Source: Nitrospirota bacterium (GTDB taxonomy: Bacteria; Nitrospirota; Thermodesulfovibrionia; Thermodesulfovibrionales; BMS3Bbin05). From it: 64,000 nt of DNA. The notes beneath the pieces were generated by a model. It made no database searches. It worked only from the letters and a program-made list of their open reading frames with translations, and was not told the origin of the DNA. The stretch covers positions 1,736,827 through 1,800,826 of the forward strand of contig CP070669.1 of NCBI GenBank assembly GCA_020351835.1, in the 5' to 3' direction. The position numbers were made by a program, and so were the translations under genes. Positions 48,167-59,110 of the stretch are shown piece by piece (the stretch's first letter is position 1; each line of letters begins with the position of its first letter).

Positions 48167-49867
48167 TTAAACAGCCTTTACCTTTACTATCTCGTTATTG
48201 TTCTTATCGACAACATGAATAGCACACGCAAGGCACGGATCGAATGAGTGAACCGTCCTTAGCACCTCTAGCGGTTTCTTCGGGTCCTTTACCGGCGTCC
48301 CTATCAAAGCCGCTTCATAAGGACCAAGTGCGTCCTTGCTGTTCCTCGGTCCCGCGTTCCAGGTCGACGGAACAACCGCTTGATAGTTCTTGATCTTCCC
48401 GTTCTTTATAACTATCCAGTGGGACAATATGCCCCTAGGTGCCTCATGGAACCCATGTCCCATCTGCTCACCTGACGGAAATGTCGGAGCATTGAAAGTG
48501 GACACATCTCCCTTAGAGATGTTCTCTACAAGTGCTTCCCACTGTCCGACAAGTGTGTCGTAGAGTACGGCACACCTTATTGACCGGGCCCCTATCCTTC
48601 CGATCGTCGAATGCAGTGCTCCTACACCGACCTTTGTCTTGGCAAGAGAGCTGATAGTATCTAGCATGCTGTGGACATACTTCTGAGTGCCTTTGTGCCC
48701 CGCTGCATACATACAGAGCACATTAGCAAGCGGGCCCACCTGCGCCGGCTCGCCCTTGAAGGTAGGTGATTTTACCCAGGAGTATTTACCGTTGTCCTGA
48801 AAATCGGTATATTTTGGCTCCGTCTCCTCCTCAAAAGGATGTCGGTCCCAGTCTCCGTCATACCAGGAATGCTTGATGCTCTCCTTAACATTGTCCCTGA
48901 AGAATTTGTCCTGATAGCTCTTTATGGGCGTAAACTTACTTACATCACCGTTAGGGATATAACCACCCGGCAGGGCGAACTCAGTGCCCTTTGTATCCAT
49001 CGGCATATCAGGCGCCGAAAGATAGTTGACGACGCCCTTGCCATGACCGGTCCAGCCTGCATAAAATGCTGCAACGGCAGCGGTATCAACCAGCAACACG
49101 TTCTTTACAAAATCACCGGCCTTGTCTATCAGTGTCTTAATGTAATAGAGACGCTCCATGTTAAGCGTTGACTGACTGTCAAGGTTAATGGCATTTGCAA
49201 CGCCTCCGACAGCAACGTTCTGTATATGGGGTGTCTTTGAGCCGAGGATACCGACAACCTTGTTTATCTCACGCTGCTGCTCCAGGGCCTGCAGATAATG
49301 GTGAGCCGCCAGCATGTTCACTTCCGGGGGAAGTGTCATGGCCGGATGACCCCAGTATCCGCTTCCGTATACACCAAGCTGCCCCGAACCAACAAACGTC
49401 TTCAGTCTGTCCTGTGACTCTTTTACCGCCTGATAACTGTTGCCGGCCCATGATGAAAGAGACTGCCCCAGCTTAGCTGTAGCCTTGGCGTCAGCCTTCA
49501 AAGCAGAAACAATATCGACCCAGTCCAGGGCTCCGAGGTGATAAAAGTGTACAATGTGATCGTGAGTGGCATGAGCACCCATCATAAGGTTCCTTATATA
49601 CTGGGCATTAAGTGGTACCTCAAGACCCAGCGCATTTTCTACCGAACGCACAGAAGCCAGTGCGTGGACCGTAGTTCAGACGCCGCAGAAACGCTGGGTA
49701 AATATCCACGCATCCCTGGGGTCACGGCCCTTTAGGATGTTCTCTATCCCGCGCCACATCTGTCCCGATGACCATGCATTGGTCACCTTACCGCCTTCGA
49801 TCTCGCAGTCGATCCTGAGATGACCTTCGATCCTGGTGATAGGATCAATCGTTATTCTCTTTCCCAT
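48167..49867 (-). CDS. hybC: [NiFe]-hydrogenase large subunit (HybC type) with one in-frame TGA at 49676-49678, a putative selenocysteine
   Basis: The two track ORFs (49676-49885 and 48167-49651) are in the same frame, and only the TGA separates them. The joined product reads [23 protein letters not shown]...QRFCGV[TGA][16 protein letters not shown]...[15 protein letters not shown]. It is collinear with E. coli HybC as I recall it. A GGAGG SD precedes the ATG at 49867. Confidence 0.85.
49642..49669 (-). promoter_or_regulatory. Candidate SECIS-like hairpin downstream of the hybC TGA
   Basis: On the mRNA, UGA is followed by 10 nt and then ACGCAC-UGGCUUCU-GUGCGU (6-bp stem, 8-nt loop). The loop GG sits 21-22 nt from the U of UGA. 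Possible extra CC/GG pairs lie below a bulge. Confidence 0.4.
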
Positions 49868-49913
49868 AAATGCCTCCTTCCACAATTATTTGATATATTT
49901 ATTATCTCGTATC

Positions 49914-51044
49914 TCAATGGGCCTCCTCCGGAAAAAGGTTCAGATATTTGACGGACACCTTGAACCCTAATATTGCAAATGCCACCATTCCGGCGGTAAG
50001 CGCAAACTCCATCCAGGATGGGAAGTAATCGACACCTGTCTTCCCCGCATAATCCGCAAGTCCGAACAGAGCTACGTTCATTCTGTTAAGGACTATACCA
50101 GCAATTACAAGCACATTGACCGAGAAAATACTTCTCATATTGCTTCTCCGATCCCTGGATATTAGCAGGATGAACGGGAGTATAACACCTATAACCATCT
50201 CGAGCAGATACATGTTAGAGGAGGTGCTCCCGGTAAATGCCATGCCTATCCCTGCAACGGTCACAAGGTCCCAGAGCTTCATTATGAGATACAAGGAAAC
50301 CGTGATCAATGAGCCTTTTGCAAGCCCGGAAAGGATATCCATATCAGGCTTGTGATTGAATACCCTTGTGCTTAGTATGGTCTCGAAGCTTACCATGGAC
50401 AGACCCATCAGAACTGCGGATACAAGAAAATGGTAAGGAAGCAAACTGCTATACCATAATGGCGAGAGCTTCGATGGTATTATCAGGTACACAGCACCCA
50501 AAGATGACTGGTGCAATGTCGACAGAAGCACGCCAAAAAGAACGACAGGGACCATTATCTTGTTCATGAAGTTCAACAGACCCGTCATCTTCAGTTTCTC
50601 GAATATCATCGGGCTGGACTCAGCCGCAAGTGTGCTCGTGTAAAGAACAACATGGATAGCAACTATGAACATGATAGAATTGACCTGCCACATCACCATT
50701 GGATGCCATATACGGAACGACTGGCCGATGTCAAGGAATATCGCTATGGCAGCAAGCAGGTAGCCAAAGAAAGCGTTCAAGACAGCCGGCCTGACGATCG
50801 GTTTATATTTCTTCCAGTTCAGGATATAGACCGCACCCGCTATTATGAATCCTCCGGCTGCCATTGCAACCCCTCCGAGGACATCAAAGGCGATCCAGAA
50901 ACCCCACGGCCATATCGAGTTAAGATTAGTTACCGCTCCGAGACCGAAGAACATACGGTACAGGGCAACAAGTCCACCGGCACCCATGATAAGAAGCAAG
51001 ACCGTTGTCGTCGGAGTCCACATCTTTATATCATTTTGGTTCAT
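49914..51044 (-). CDS. hybB: HybB-like integral membrane subunit (NrfD/PsrC family)
   Basis: It is 376 aa with about 10 hydrophobic helices. It lies between the hybA-like and hybC-like genes, as in the E. coli hyb operon. Confidence 0.82.
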   Translation of the reverse strand: MNQNDIKMWTPTTTVLLLIMGAGGLVALYRMFFGLGAVTNLNSIWPWGFWIAFDVLGGVAMAAGGFIIAGAVYILNWKKYKPIVRPAVLNAFFGYLLAAIAIFLDIGQSFRIWHPMVMWQVNSIMFIVAIHVVLYTSTLAAESSPMIFEKLKMTGLLNFMNKIMVPVVLFGVLLSTLHQSSLGAVYLIIPSKLSPLWYSSLLPYHFLVSAVLMGLSMVSFETILSTRVFNHKPDMDILSGLAKGSLITVSLYLIMKLWDLVTVAGIGMAFTGSTSSNMYLLEMVIGVILPFILLISRDRRSNMRSIFSVNVLVIAGIVLNRMNVALFGLADYAGKTGVDYFPSWMEFALTAGMVAFAILGFKVSVKYLNLFPEEAH

Positions 51045-51048
51045 ATGG

Positions 51049-52053
51049 TCATTCCTCCTTATCCGCTTTCTTATTTCTGCTCGTTATAGCCCATGTTCCA
51101 GCGCCAACCAGAAGCACTCCGACTATAACGGCCGGTATCTTCGATATGTATGCCCAGGTAAGGTCAGGAAGGAAGGTCTCATCAACATTCTTATGGAACC
51201 CGAGCAGATCAAAGGGGACACCGGCAAGCATCATATACTGAGTTCCTCCGGCCTCCTTCGCCCCGTAAATATGGTTAAGGTACTTTGAGACAGGCCTTCT
51301 CATCTTCTCACCGGAATCTACCTTTTGCACGGGATAGTCATATTCCTGCCCAGGCTTGAGCTCCAGCCTCTTCTGGGCCTCGACCTTGAGGTCTGCAACC
51401 TTACCGAATATCGACGCCCCGGTAGGGCAGAACTCGCAGCAAGCCGAGAACGAACCTTCTTTTATCCTGTGACGGCAAAGCTGGCATTTTCTGACCTGAG
51501 GAAAGGCCTTTTCATATTCGTATTGAGGGACCCTGAAAGGACATGCAAGCATGCAATACCTGCAGCCGATACACCTGTCCTCTTCGTAATAAACGATACC
51601 GTTGTCGGGGTCCTTCTTGAGAGCTGCGACCGGACATACAGAAACACAGGTAGGAGCTATACAGTGAAGACAGTGCTGCTTGATAAAGGAATAGCCGTTC
51701 TCAGCGCTGTCCTTGTTCTCTCCCGTGCCGCTCCTGTGGACCCTGATCACATTAAGTGTCTTTGAAGAAAGTGCCTTCGGTGCGTCCCATATCTCCTGAG
51801 GGGTCCTGAACTCGTATGGCGGGTCCGTTGCGCCTTTGGAGTAAAGAGCACCTCCTTCCACACTATTGAACTGCTTGCAGTTGTACATGCATGACTTACA
51901 TCCGATGCACAAAGTTGCGTCGTAAAGAATCCCCACAGCTTCCGGAGGAAGTTCCCTTGGCATGGATGCATCGGCAGGCCGCGCACCGGACGACAGTACA
52001 AGGCTGCCGCCGACAACTGCAGTCTTTAAGAAATCCCGCCTGTTGATATCCAT
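51049..52053 (-). CDS. hybA: HybA-like periplasmic 4x[4Fe-4S] ferredoxin subunit with a Tat signal and a C-terminal TM anchor
   Basis: The Tat signal is MDINRRDFLKTAVVGG. Multiple CxxCxxCxxxCP clusters are present (CIGCKSCMYNC, CLHCIAPTCVSVCP, CIGCRYCMLACP). The C-terminus is hydrophobic. Confidence 0.88.
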   Translation of the reverse strand: MDINRRDFLKTAVVGGSLVLSSGARPADASMPRELPPEAVGILYDATLCIGCKSCMYNCKQFNSVEGGALYSKGATDPPYEFRTPQEIWDAPKALSSKTLNVIRVHRSGTGENKDSAENGYSFIKQHCLHCIAPTCVSVCPVAALKKDPDNGIVYYEEDRCIGCRYCMLACPFRVPQYEYEKAFPQVRKCQLCRHRIKEGSFSACCEFCPTGASIFGKVADLKVEAQKRLELKPGQEYDYPVQKVDSGEKMRRPVSKYLNHIYGAKEAGGTQYMMLAGVPFDLLGFHKNVDETFLPDLTWAYISKIPAVIVGVLLVGAGTWAITSRNKKADKEE

Positions 52054-52056
52054 TAC

Positions 52057-53181
52057 CTACTCCTCCTTATCTTGTTTTTCATCATCCTTCTTGCCCAGAC
52101 CTGTAAGCATAGCCGCACCTGCCGCGCCTATCGCTACACCGGCCACTCCTGTAGCAAGTGACTTTATGCCTGATGAAGCGCCTTCTTTGCCCGGCAATAC
52201 TTCATCGAACAGAGCCGGCGGCGTAATATACTTCGGCCTTGCCGGGGAGTGGAGCGGAAGAGTAAAACCGACTCCCTTCTCAGTACATCCGAAGCAGGGG
52301 TGTCCGGTTCCGACCGGCCATGCTCCTGCTCCGATATCATTGAAAAGAATGACCGGACAGTTAGCGTGTGTCTCCGGCCCTTTACATCCCAGCTTATACA
52401 AACAGTACCCTTTTCTGTGCCCCTCGTCCCCGAACTGATTAGCGAACCTTCCGGCATCGAAATGAGGACGGCGCTCGCAGTTCTCATGTATCAGCCTTCC
52501 ATATGCGAACTTTGGCCTTCCCTGGTCATCGAGTTCAGGAAGCTTCTTCAGGGTCAGGAAATACAGCACTGTTGAGAGGAAATTATACGGATTGGGTGGA
52601 CATCCCGGTATATTAATAACAGGGGTCTTGATCCCTTTGTTCTTTAGAACCTCATGAGCAGGTGTAGCACCTGTCGGGTTCGGATCAGCCGAAGGAACTC
52701 CGCCCCACGATGCACAGGATCCGATCGCAATTACGGCTGCCGCTTTTGATCCCATATCCTCAAGGATGGACTGGACCGTCTGGCCACCTATCTTGCAGTA
52801 AATACCGCCATCCTTTACAGGTATTGAACCGTCAACTACCAGGATATACTTACCTTCGTTCTCCTTCATTGACTTCAAACGCGCTTCTTCCGCTTGATGG
52901 CCTGAACCTGCATTAAGGGTCTCATGATAGTCCAGTGATATCAACTCAAGAATAAGTTTCTCAAGGGTCGGGTGGTTAGTCCTGAGAAGTGTTTCTGTAC
53001 ATCCTGTGCACTCCTGAGCGGACAGCCAGAGGACGGGCGGACGTTTCGGACTTGAAGCGGCCTCAGCTATCCTCTCTCCCATACTGACCGGAAGTCCGAG
53101 AGTTACAGCAACTCCGGTACAGAACTTCACAAAGTCTCGTCTGGACACTCCCTGCTTTTCGATCACAGACATAAAATCCAT
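52057..53181 (-). CDS. hybO: [NiFe]-hydrogenase small subunit with a Tat signal
   Basis: I placed the start at the ATG at 53181, which has an AAAGGAGG SD. The Tat signal is SRRDFVKFCTG. The blocks WLSAQECTGCTES-like, GSCASWGG and PGCPPNP are present. Confidence 0.92.
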   Translation of the reverse strand: MDFMSVIEKQGVSRRDFVKFCTGVAVTLGLPVSMGERIAEAASSPKRPPVLWLSAQECTGCTETLLRTNHPTLEKLILELISLDYHETLNAGSGHQAEEARLKSMKENEGKYILVVDGSIPVKDGGIYCKIGGQTVQSILEDMGSKAAAVIAIGSCASWGGVPSADPNPTGATPAHEVLKNKGIKTPVINIPGCPPNPYNFLSTVLYFLTLKKLPELDDQGRPKFAYGRLIHENCERRPHFDAGRFANQFGDEGHRKGYCLYKLGCKGPETHANCPVILFNDIGAGAWPVGTGHPCFGCTEKGVGFTLPLHSPARPKYITPPALFDEVLPGKEGASSGIKSLATGVAGVAIGAAGAAMLTGLGKKDDEKQDKEE

Positions 53182-53582
53182 ACGTACCTCCTTTTCGCAC
53201 ATTTAACGAACGAACTTCTTTCCCTTATTTAAAAAAATCAACTAATCGTTAGAACCCCTCCTGAGACAATGTATTATTTTTATATACCGCTAATAATTAC
53301 ATATAATATTTTATATGTCAATAAGGAATTTTGATAAGCAATATTCATACCACAGCACTGTGCCATAACGAATTATTTAACTAGTTGATCTACAAAATAA
53401 ATTCTTGCGATCAGAACGCTGTCAGGACATGGATAACAAGTCTTATTTGTGTATTTTCGTAACGCCTCGGGACGCTATTATTCAATTTGATTTAAGCAAT
53501 GAATATTTTGTACCATGAATGCACACTTTTGCTCCAGGGAAGTGTTTCTCACCGTCTATAATTCTATGCCGGAGGTAACTGA

Positions 53583-55574
53583 ATGAACAAGCGCTTTGAC
53601 GAACTCTGTATCAATACCCTTAGAATGCTTTCTGCAGATGCCGTCCAGAAGGCCAATTCCGGACATCCCGGGATGCCAATGGGAGATGCCGCCATGGCAT
53701 ATACTCTATGGACAAAATTCCTGAAGCACAATCCAAAGAACCCTCACTGGCATAACAGGGACAGGTTCATACTTTCCGCCGGTCACGGTTCAATGCTTCT
53801 GTACAGCCTTTTGCATCTCACTGGTCACAATATTTCAATGAAAGACATTAAGAATTTCAGGCAGTTAGGCAGCAAGACCCCGGGTCATCCCGAGCACGAC
53901 CTGGACAGCGGTATAGAGACAACGACAGGCCCTCTCGGGCAGGGTTTCGCAACAGGGGTTGGGATGGCAGTAGCCGAAAAGTATCTTGCAGAGATGTTCA
54001 ATAAGCCGGGATTCAGTATCATTGATCACTATATATATGCCATATGCAGTGACGGAGACCTGATGGAAGGCATATCTCATGAAGCGGCTTCCTTTGCCGG
54101 CCATTTCGGCCTCGGAAAGCTCATCTATCTTTACTCTGACAATAAGATATCGATTGACGGTTCCACAGACCTTACCTTTACCGAGAACGTAGCTTCACGT
54201 TTCCGTGCCTATAACTGGCATGTTCAGAAAGTCGATGGTAATGACGTTCAAGAAGTAGCCTCTGCAATAAGAGAAGCACAAAAGGAGTCCGGTAAACCTT
54301 CTATGATCATAGCGAGAACACATATTGGTTACGGCAGTCCTAATAAGCACGATACCTCCGGTGTTCATGGATCACCCCTCGGAGAAGAGGAGCTTAAATT
54401 AACAAAAGAGAACCTTGGATGGCCTTTAAAGAAGTTCTATGTGCCGCCTGAAGTGCTCTCACATTTCCGCAAGGCGGTTGATAAAGGGAAGAAGGCAGAG
54501 GAGCAGTGGAAAGAGAAGTTCAAGAAATACAGGAAGAAGTATCCCAAGCTTGCGAAGCAGTGGAATATGATGGTCAAGCGTAATGGAACAGATCACAAAA
54601 AATATTTCCCCTCCTTCAAACCCTCTGACGGACCTCTTGCTACAAGAAGTGCTTCGGGCAAAATACTTAACAGTATTGCTGACCATATCCCTCATCTCCT
54701 TGGAGGATCAGCTGACCTGGCCCCGTCCAACAATACATACCTGAAGGACTACCCGGAGTTCGGATCGAAAAAAGGAGGAAGGAACTTCCATTTCGGCGTT
54801 AGAGAACATGTGATGGGGGCTATTTTGAACGGTATGGCTCTGAGCAATATGCTCATTCCTTATGGAGGAACGTTCTTTGTCTTTACGGACTATATGAGAT
54901 CCTCAATGCGAATTTCGGCTCTTACAGGAGCACATGTCATATATATTCTCACACATGACTCAGTAGGACTTGGTGAGGATGGGCCAACGCACCAGCCTAT
55001 AGGTCACCTGACCAGTATGAGAGCGATGCCCAACATGTCCCTTATCAGGCCGGCAGATGCGAATGAAACATCGGTCGCATGGCAGGTAGCTCTGGAACAG
55101 AAGGACAGGCCATGCTCGCTGATACTTACGCGCCAGAAGCTCCCTGTTATCGACAGGAAGAAATATGCTTCTGCCAGCCTCATAAGAAAAGGCGGTTACA
55201 TACTTGCGGATTGTAAGGGCAAACCCCGCATCATTATTATTGCTTCAGGTTCTGAAGTACACCTCGCCCTTGAAGCGTTCGAGAGGCTTTCCGCTGAAGG
55301 TCACAGAGTGAGAGTGGTCAACATGGCCTCGTTCGATCTTTATGAAAGGCAATCAGGAGCATATAAGGATAATGTCCTGCCCCCTGATATCGAGAACAGG
55401 ATAGCCATCGAGGCAGGACACACGCTTAGCATGTATAAGTATGTCGGACTTAAAGGAGACGTTATCGGGATCGACAGCTTTGGAGCTTCTGCTCCGGCTA
55501 AGGACCTCTTCAAGAAGTTCGGGATAACGACGGACAACCTTGTAAGACGTGTCAGAACAATGCTCAAGGGGTAA
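53583..55574 (+). CDS. tkt: Transketolase
   Basis: The blocks [26 protein letters not shown] and [16 protein letters not shown] are present. The protein is 663 aa. Confidence 0.95.
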   Translation: MNKRFDELCINTLRMLSADAVQKANSGHPGMPMGDAAMAYTLWTKFLKHNPKNPHWHNRDRFILSAGHGSMLLYSLLHLTGHNISMKDIKNFRQLGSKTPGHPEHDLDSGIETTTGPLGQGFATGVGMAVAEKYLAEMFNKPGFSIIDHYIYAICSDGDLMEGISHEAASFAGHFGLGKLIYLYSDNKISIDGSTDLTFTENVASRFRAYNWHVQKVDGNDVQEVASAIREAQKESGKPSMIIARTHIGYGSPNKHDTSGVHGSPLGEEELKLTKENLGWPLKKFYVPPEVLSHFRKAVDKGKKAEEQWKEKFKKYRKKYPKLAKQWNMMVKRNGTDHKKYFPSFKPSDGPLATRSASGKILNSIADHIPHLLGGSADLAPSNNTYLKDYPEFGSKKGGRNFHFGVREHVMGAILNGMALSNMLIPYGGTFFVFTDYMRSSMRISALTGAHVIYILTHDSVGLGEDGPTHQPIGHLTSMRAMPNMSLIRPADANETSVAWQVALEQKDRPCSLILTRQKLPVIDRKKYASASLIRKGGYILADCKGKPRIIIIASGSEVHLALEAFERLSAEGHRVRVVNMASFDLYERQSGAYKDNVLPPDIENRIAIEAGHTLSMYKYVGLKGDVIGIDSFGASAPAKDLFKKFGITTDNLVRRVRTMLKG

Positions 55575-55578
55575 CGTA

Positions 55579-56043
55579 ATGAAAATAGCAATAGGTGCCG
55601 ACCATGGAGGTTTTTTGCTTAAGGAAGCGTTAAAGCCATACCTGGTCCAGGCAGGCCATACCGTCATAGATGTAGGCGCTCCATCTGATGAGCCATCCGA
55701 CTATCCGGATATTGCCGCCATGGTCGCGCAGAAGGTCATGAGAGCTGACTCTGACAGAGGCATAGTTATATGCGGAAGCGGTGTGGGAGCGTGCGTTGCG
55801 GCTAATAAGTTCCCGCGTATCAGGGCTTCAGTATGCCATGACACCTATTCAGCGCATCAGGGTGTAGAACATGACGACATGAACGTGCTTTGCCTGGGTG
55901 CAAGGATAATCGGAGAGGCACTTGCAAAGGATATTGTATCATCGTTTATCTCGGCAAAATTCGCCGCAGATGTAGAAAGGTACAAGAGAAGACTTGATAA
56001 GGTACTTGACATCGAGAGGCGATTCAGCGCCGACAATACCTGA
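55579..56043 (+). CDS. rpiB: Ribose-5-phosphate isomerase B
   Basis: I trimmed the start to MKIAIGADHGGFLLKEALK. The block ICGSGVGACVAANK is present. Confidence 0.92.
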   Translation: MKIAIGADHGGFLLKEALKPYLVQAGHTVIDVGAPSDEPSDYPDIAAMVAQKVMRADSDRGIVICGSGVGACVAANKFPRIRASVCHDTYSAHQGVEHDDMNVLCLGARIIGEALAKDIVSSFISAKFAADVERYKRRLDKVLDIERRFSADNT

Positions 56044-56057
56044 TACCATAGGACATA

Positions 56058-56852
56058 TTATCCCCCCGCAGGTCTCTTCTGCCTTTTTCTGAGCCTTACG
56101 ATAATGAATATGCCGGCAGCTATCATGGCACTGCATAGCATCTGACCCATCGTCAAGGTTCCAAAGATCAATCCTATCTGGGGATCAGGCTCGCGAAAGA
56201 ACTCTATTATGAACCTGAATATCCCGTAGAAGATAAGGAAGAACGGCATCATCAGACCATCAGCTCTTATTCTGTCCTTGAGTATCCACAGTATAGCGAA
56301 AAGAACAGGTCCCTCAAGGAAAGCCTCATATAGCTGTGAGGGATGCCTCGGCAAATTACCACCCTCAGGGAATATCATGGCCCATGGGACATCGGTCACT
56401 CTCCCGAACAGTTCACCGTTAATGAAGTTGCCGATCCGGCCGAACATAAGGCCTACAGGTCCTGTAACCGTTACCATGTCAGCCATGACCGCAAGGTTCA
56501 GGTCCCTTCTCTTTACGAATATCACTCCGCAGATAACCGCCCCTATCAGACCGCCGTGAAATGACATCCCACCATGCCAGACGGCAAAGATGTCAAAAGG
56601 GTTCTTTATATAGAAAGAAAGATTGTAAAAGATAACATAACCCAGACGCGCACCCAGTATTAGCCCTATGATCATGTAGAAATATAGCGACTCGATGACA
56701 TCTTTGGATATTCCAAGGCCCTTTTTCTTGATCTGCTTTCTGACTAGCAGGTATGAACCTACAAAGCCAAATAAGTACATCAGTCCGTACCATCTGACCT
56801 GAATAGGTCCTATCTCGAAGATATACGGCCTGATGTTAGGAAATTCTATCAT
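56058..56852 (-). CDS. lgt: Prolipoprotein diacylglyceryl transferase
   Basis: I trimmed the start to MIEFPNIRPYIFEIGPIQVRWYGLMY. The blocks GGMSFHGG, GRIGNFINGELFG and HPSQLYE are present. Confidence 0.9.
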   Translation of the reverse strand: MIEFPNIRPYIFEIGPIQVRWYGLMYLFGFVGSYLLVRKQIKKKGLGISKDVIESLYFYMIIGLILGARLGYVIFYNLSFYIKNPFDIFAVWHGGMSFHGGLIGAVICGVIFVKRRDLNLAVMADMVTVTGPVGLMFGRIGNFINGELFGRVTDVPWAMIFPEGGNLPRHPSQLYEAFLEGPVLFAILWILKDRIRADGLMMPFFLIFYGIFRFIIEFFREPDPQIGLIFGTLTMGQMLCSAMIAAGIFIIVRLRKRQKRPAGG

Positions 56853-56978
56853 GAAAAATATTTTACTGTTTTCATGCTGTAAATGTGTATCATGCCTTAC
56901 TTTATTATATAAATGGATTGTGATACTATTTAGATTATTTACCGGGTATTTTTCTAAAACTGCTTTTGGAGGCAATTC

Positions 56979-57884
56979 ATGAAACTTGCTATTATCGGTC
57001 TGGGCAAAATGGGGATGAACATGGCTAAGCGCCTCCTCCGTAACAAGATAGAGGTAGTGGCTTTTAACAGAACATCCCGGAAAACAGAGCAGATCGAACA
57101 AGAAGGAGCTATCGGGGCCTATTCTCTTGAAGAAGTGATCAATAAGACAGGCTCACCAAGGATAATCTGGCTGATGTTGCCGGCGGGAAAAGCAGTAGAT
57201 GAATACATCGAACGCCTCGCCGATATGATGAGTGACGGAGATATCATCATTGACGGTGGCAACTCTTTCTATAAAGACTCTGTCAGAAGACACGATTTTC
57301 TTTATTCCAAAGGTATCAGGTTCATTGATGCCGGTATAAGTGGCGGTGTATGGGGACTTGAAGCAGGTTATTGCACTATGGTAGGTGGTGACATCAAGAC
57401 CTACAAATATCTTGAGCCTGTGTTCAGAGCTCTCGCTCCCAAGCATGGATATATGTACTGCGGCGCGACCGGCGCGGGCCATTATACAAAAATGGTCCAT
57501 AACGGTATAGAATACGCCATGATGCAGTCCTATGCCGAAGGATTCGAGATACTTAAATCCTCTCCCTACAGGGAATCATTGAACTTCGCTGATCTGTCAC
57601 GACTGTGGAACCAGGGTAGCGTCATAAGATCGTGGTTGCTCGAGCTACTCGAAAGGGCTTTTGCAGATGATGATGATCTGTCCGACATAGAAGGTTATGT
57701 AGAAGACTCCGGTGAAGGCCGCTGGACCGTCCAGGAGGCTATAGACCTGGATGTCCCCGCAGAGGTTATCCTTATGTCGTTGTTCAAAAGGTTCCGCTCC
57801 AGGCAGTCAGCTCCTTATAGTGACAAGGTGATAGCGGCCCTGCGTAACCAGTTCGGTGGACATAGCGTAAAAAAGAGATCCTGA
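56979..57884 (+). CDS. gnd: 6-phosphogluconate dehydrogenase, short (about 300 aa) decarboxylating form
   Basis: The blocks MKLAIIGLGKMGMNMAKRL, DGGNS, GAGHYTKMVHNGIEY and GEGRWT are present. Confidence 0.88.
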   Translation: MKLAIIGLGKMGMNMAKRLLRNKIEVVAFNRTSRKTEQIEQEGAIGAYSLEEVINKTGSPRIIWLMLPAGKAVDEYIERLADMMSDGDIIIDGGNSFYKDSVRRHDFLYSKGIRFIDAGISGGVWGLEAGYCTMVGGDIKTYKYLEPVFRALAPKHGYMYCGATGAGHYTKMVHNGIEYAMMQSYAEGFEILKSSPYRESLNFADLSRLWNQGSVIRSWLLELLERAFADDDDLSDIEGYVEDSGEGRWTVQEAIDLDVPAEVILMSLFKRFRSRQSAPYSDKVIAALRNQFGGHSVKKRS

Positions 57885-57973
57885 CATTTGTCCGGGAGAG
57901 CTATGCATGAATTTATCCGGGCAAATCTGCATAATATCAGTACTTCGCATTTTCAATATATTAGGAGGTAACA

Positions 57974-59110
57974 ATGTCTGACAATCCGCTGGTAGGGCTG
58001 TTGAAACTCGGCCAAAGTTTCTGGTACGACAATATTAGCAGGGACCTGATAGGCTCCGGTGAGCTCAAAAGGATGATAGATGAGGATGGGATGAGAGGTG
58101 TTACCTCTAATCCAAGTATCTTTTTCAAGTCCATAAAGGGCAGCGATGTCTATGATGAACAGCTGAGGTCATTCCCGCCTGACAACGGCATGTCTGACAA
58201 GGATGTTTTCTACGAGCTTGCTATAAAGGACATTCAGGATGCAGCGGACCTGTTGTTGCCCGTTTACCAGGAGAGTAAGGGTTCTGACGGTTTCGTCAGC
58301 ATGGAGGTGGACCCTTCCTTTGCATACAAGATAAAGGAAACTATCAAAGAGGCAGAGGAATTGTATTCACGAATAAAGAGGCCCAACCTGATGATAAAGG
58401 TCCCTGCTACCAAGGAAGGCCTCTTTGCCCTTACTGAGCTGATATCAAAAGGGATCAACGTAAATGTGACACTCCTTTTCTCGGTTAAACGGTATGAGGA
58501 GGTGACACATGCATATTTACAGGGGCTTGAAAAGAGGCTTCAGAGCGGTGAAGCTATTGGTAATATCAGTTCGGTGGCAAGCTTCTTCGTAAGCAGGGTG
58601 GATAGCCTGACAGATAAACTTCTAAGCGAAGTTATATCGTCAGACGACCCCGATGACGACAAGAAAAAGGCAAAGGCACTGCTTGGCAAGACAGCCGTAG
58701 CGAACGCCAAGATAGCTTACCAGGTGTTCAAGAACGTATTTTCTCATGACAGGTACATGAAGCTAAAGAAGGAAGGAGCCAGTGTCCAGCGCCTCTTATG
58801 GGCCAGTACAAGCACAAAAAGCCCTGAGTACAGTGACCTCCTCTATGTTGACAGTCTTATAGGTCCATCTACGGTCAATACCATGCCGCCCAATACACTT
58901 GTTGCGTTCAGGGACCACGGCAAGCTGGAGAGAACGGTAGACAGGGACATAGATGATGCCTATAAAGTGCTGAACGAACTTGAGGAGCTTGAGATCAATA
59001 TAGAGCAGATAACCGAGGACCTTGAGGACGAAGGCGTACGACTGTTCAGAGAGGCATTTGATTCTTTAATATCACTCATAGGAGAAAGGAGACAGGTGCT
59101 GAGCAAATGA
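57974..59110 (+). CDS. tal: Transaldolase (long subtype)
   Basis: The blocks [20 protein letters not shown] and the active-site Lys region LMIKVPAT are present. Confidence 0.9.
   Translation: MSDNPLVGLLKLGQSFWYDNISRDLIGSGELKRMIDEDGMRGVTSNPSIFFKSIKGSDVYDEQLRSFPPDNGMSDKDVFYELAIKDIQDAADLLLPVYQESKGSDGFVSMEVDPSFAYKIKETIKEAEELYSRIKRPNLMIKVPATKEGLFALTELISKGINVNVTLLFSVKRYEEVTHAYLQGLEKRLQSGEAIGNISSVASFFVSRVDSLTDKLLSEVISSDDPDDDKKKAKALLGKTAVANAKIAYQVFKNVFSHDRYMKLKKEGASVQRLLWASTSTKSPEYSDLLYVDSLIGPSTVNTMPPNTLVAFRDHGKLERTVDRDIDDAYKVLNELEELEINIEQITEDLEDEGVRLFREAFDSLISLIGERRQVLSK

Noticed and set aside
53351-53365. A sigma-54-like TGGCAC (minus strand) upstream of the hydrogenase operon
   Set aside because: The -12 element is wrong. 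TGGCAC-agtgc-TGTGG lacks the TTGC/GC dinucleotide at the required spacing.
57903-57971. A 22-codon upstream ORF (MHEFIRANLHNISTSHFQYIRR) ending within the tal ribosome-binding site
   Set aside because: It has no convincing SD at proper spacing and no supporting features. ORFs this short arise readily by chance.
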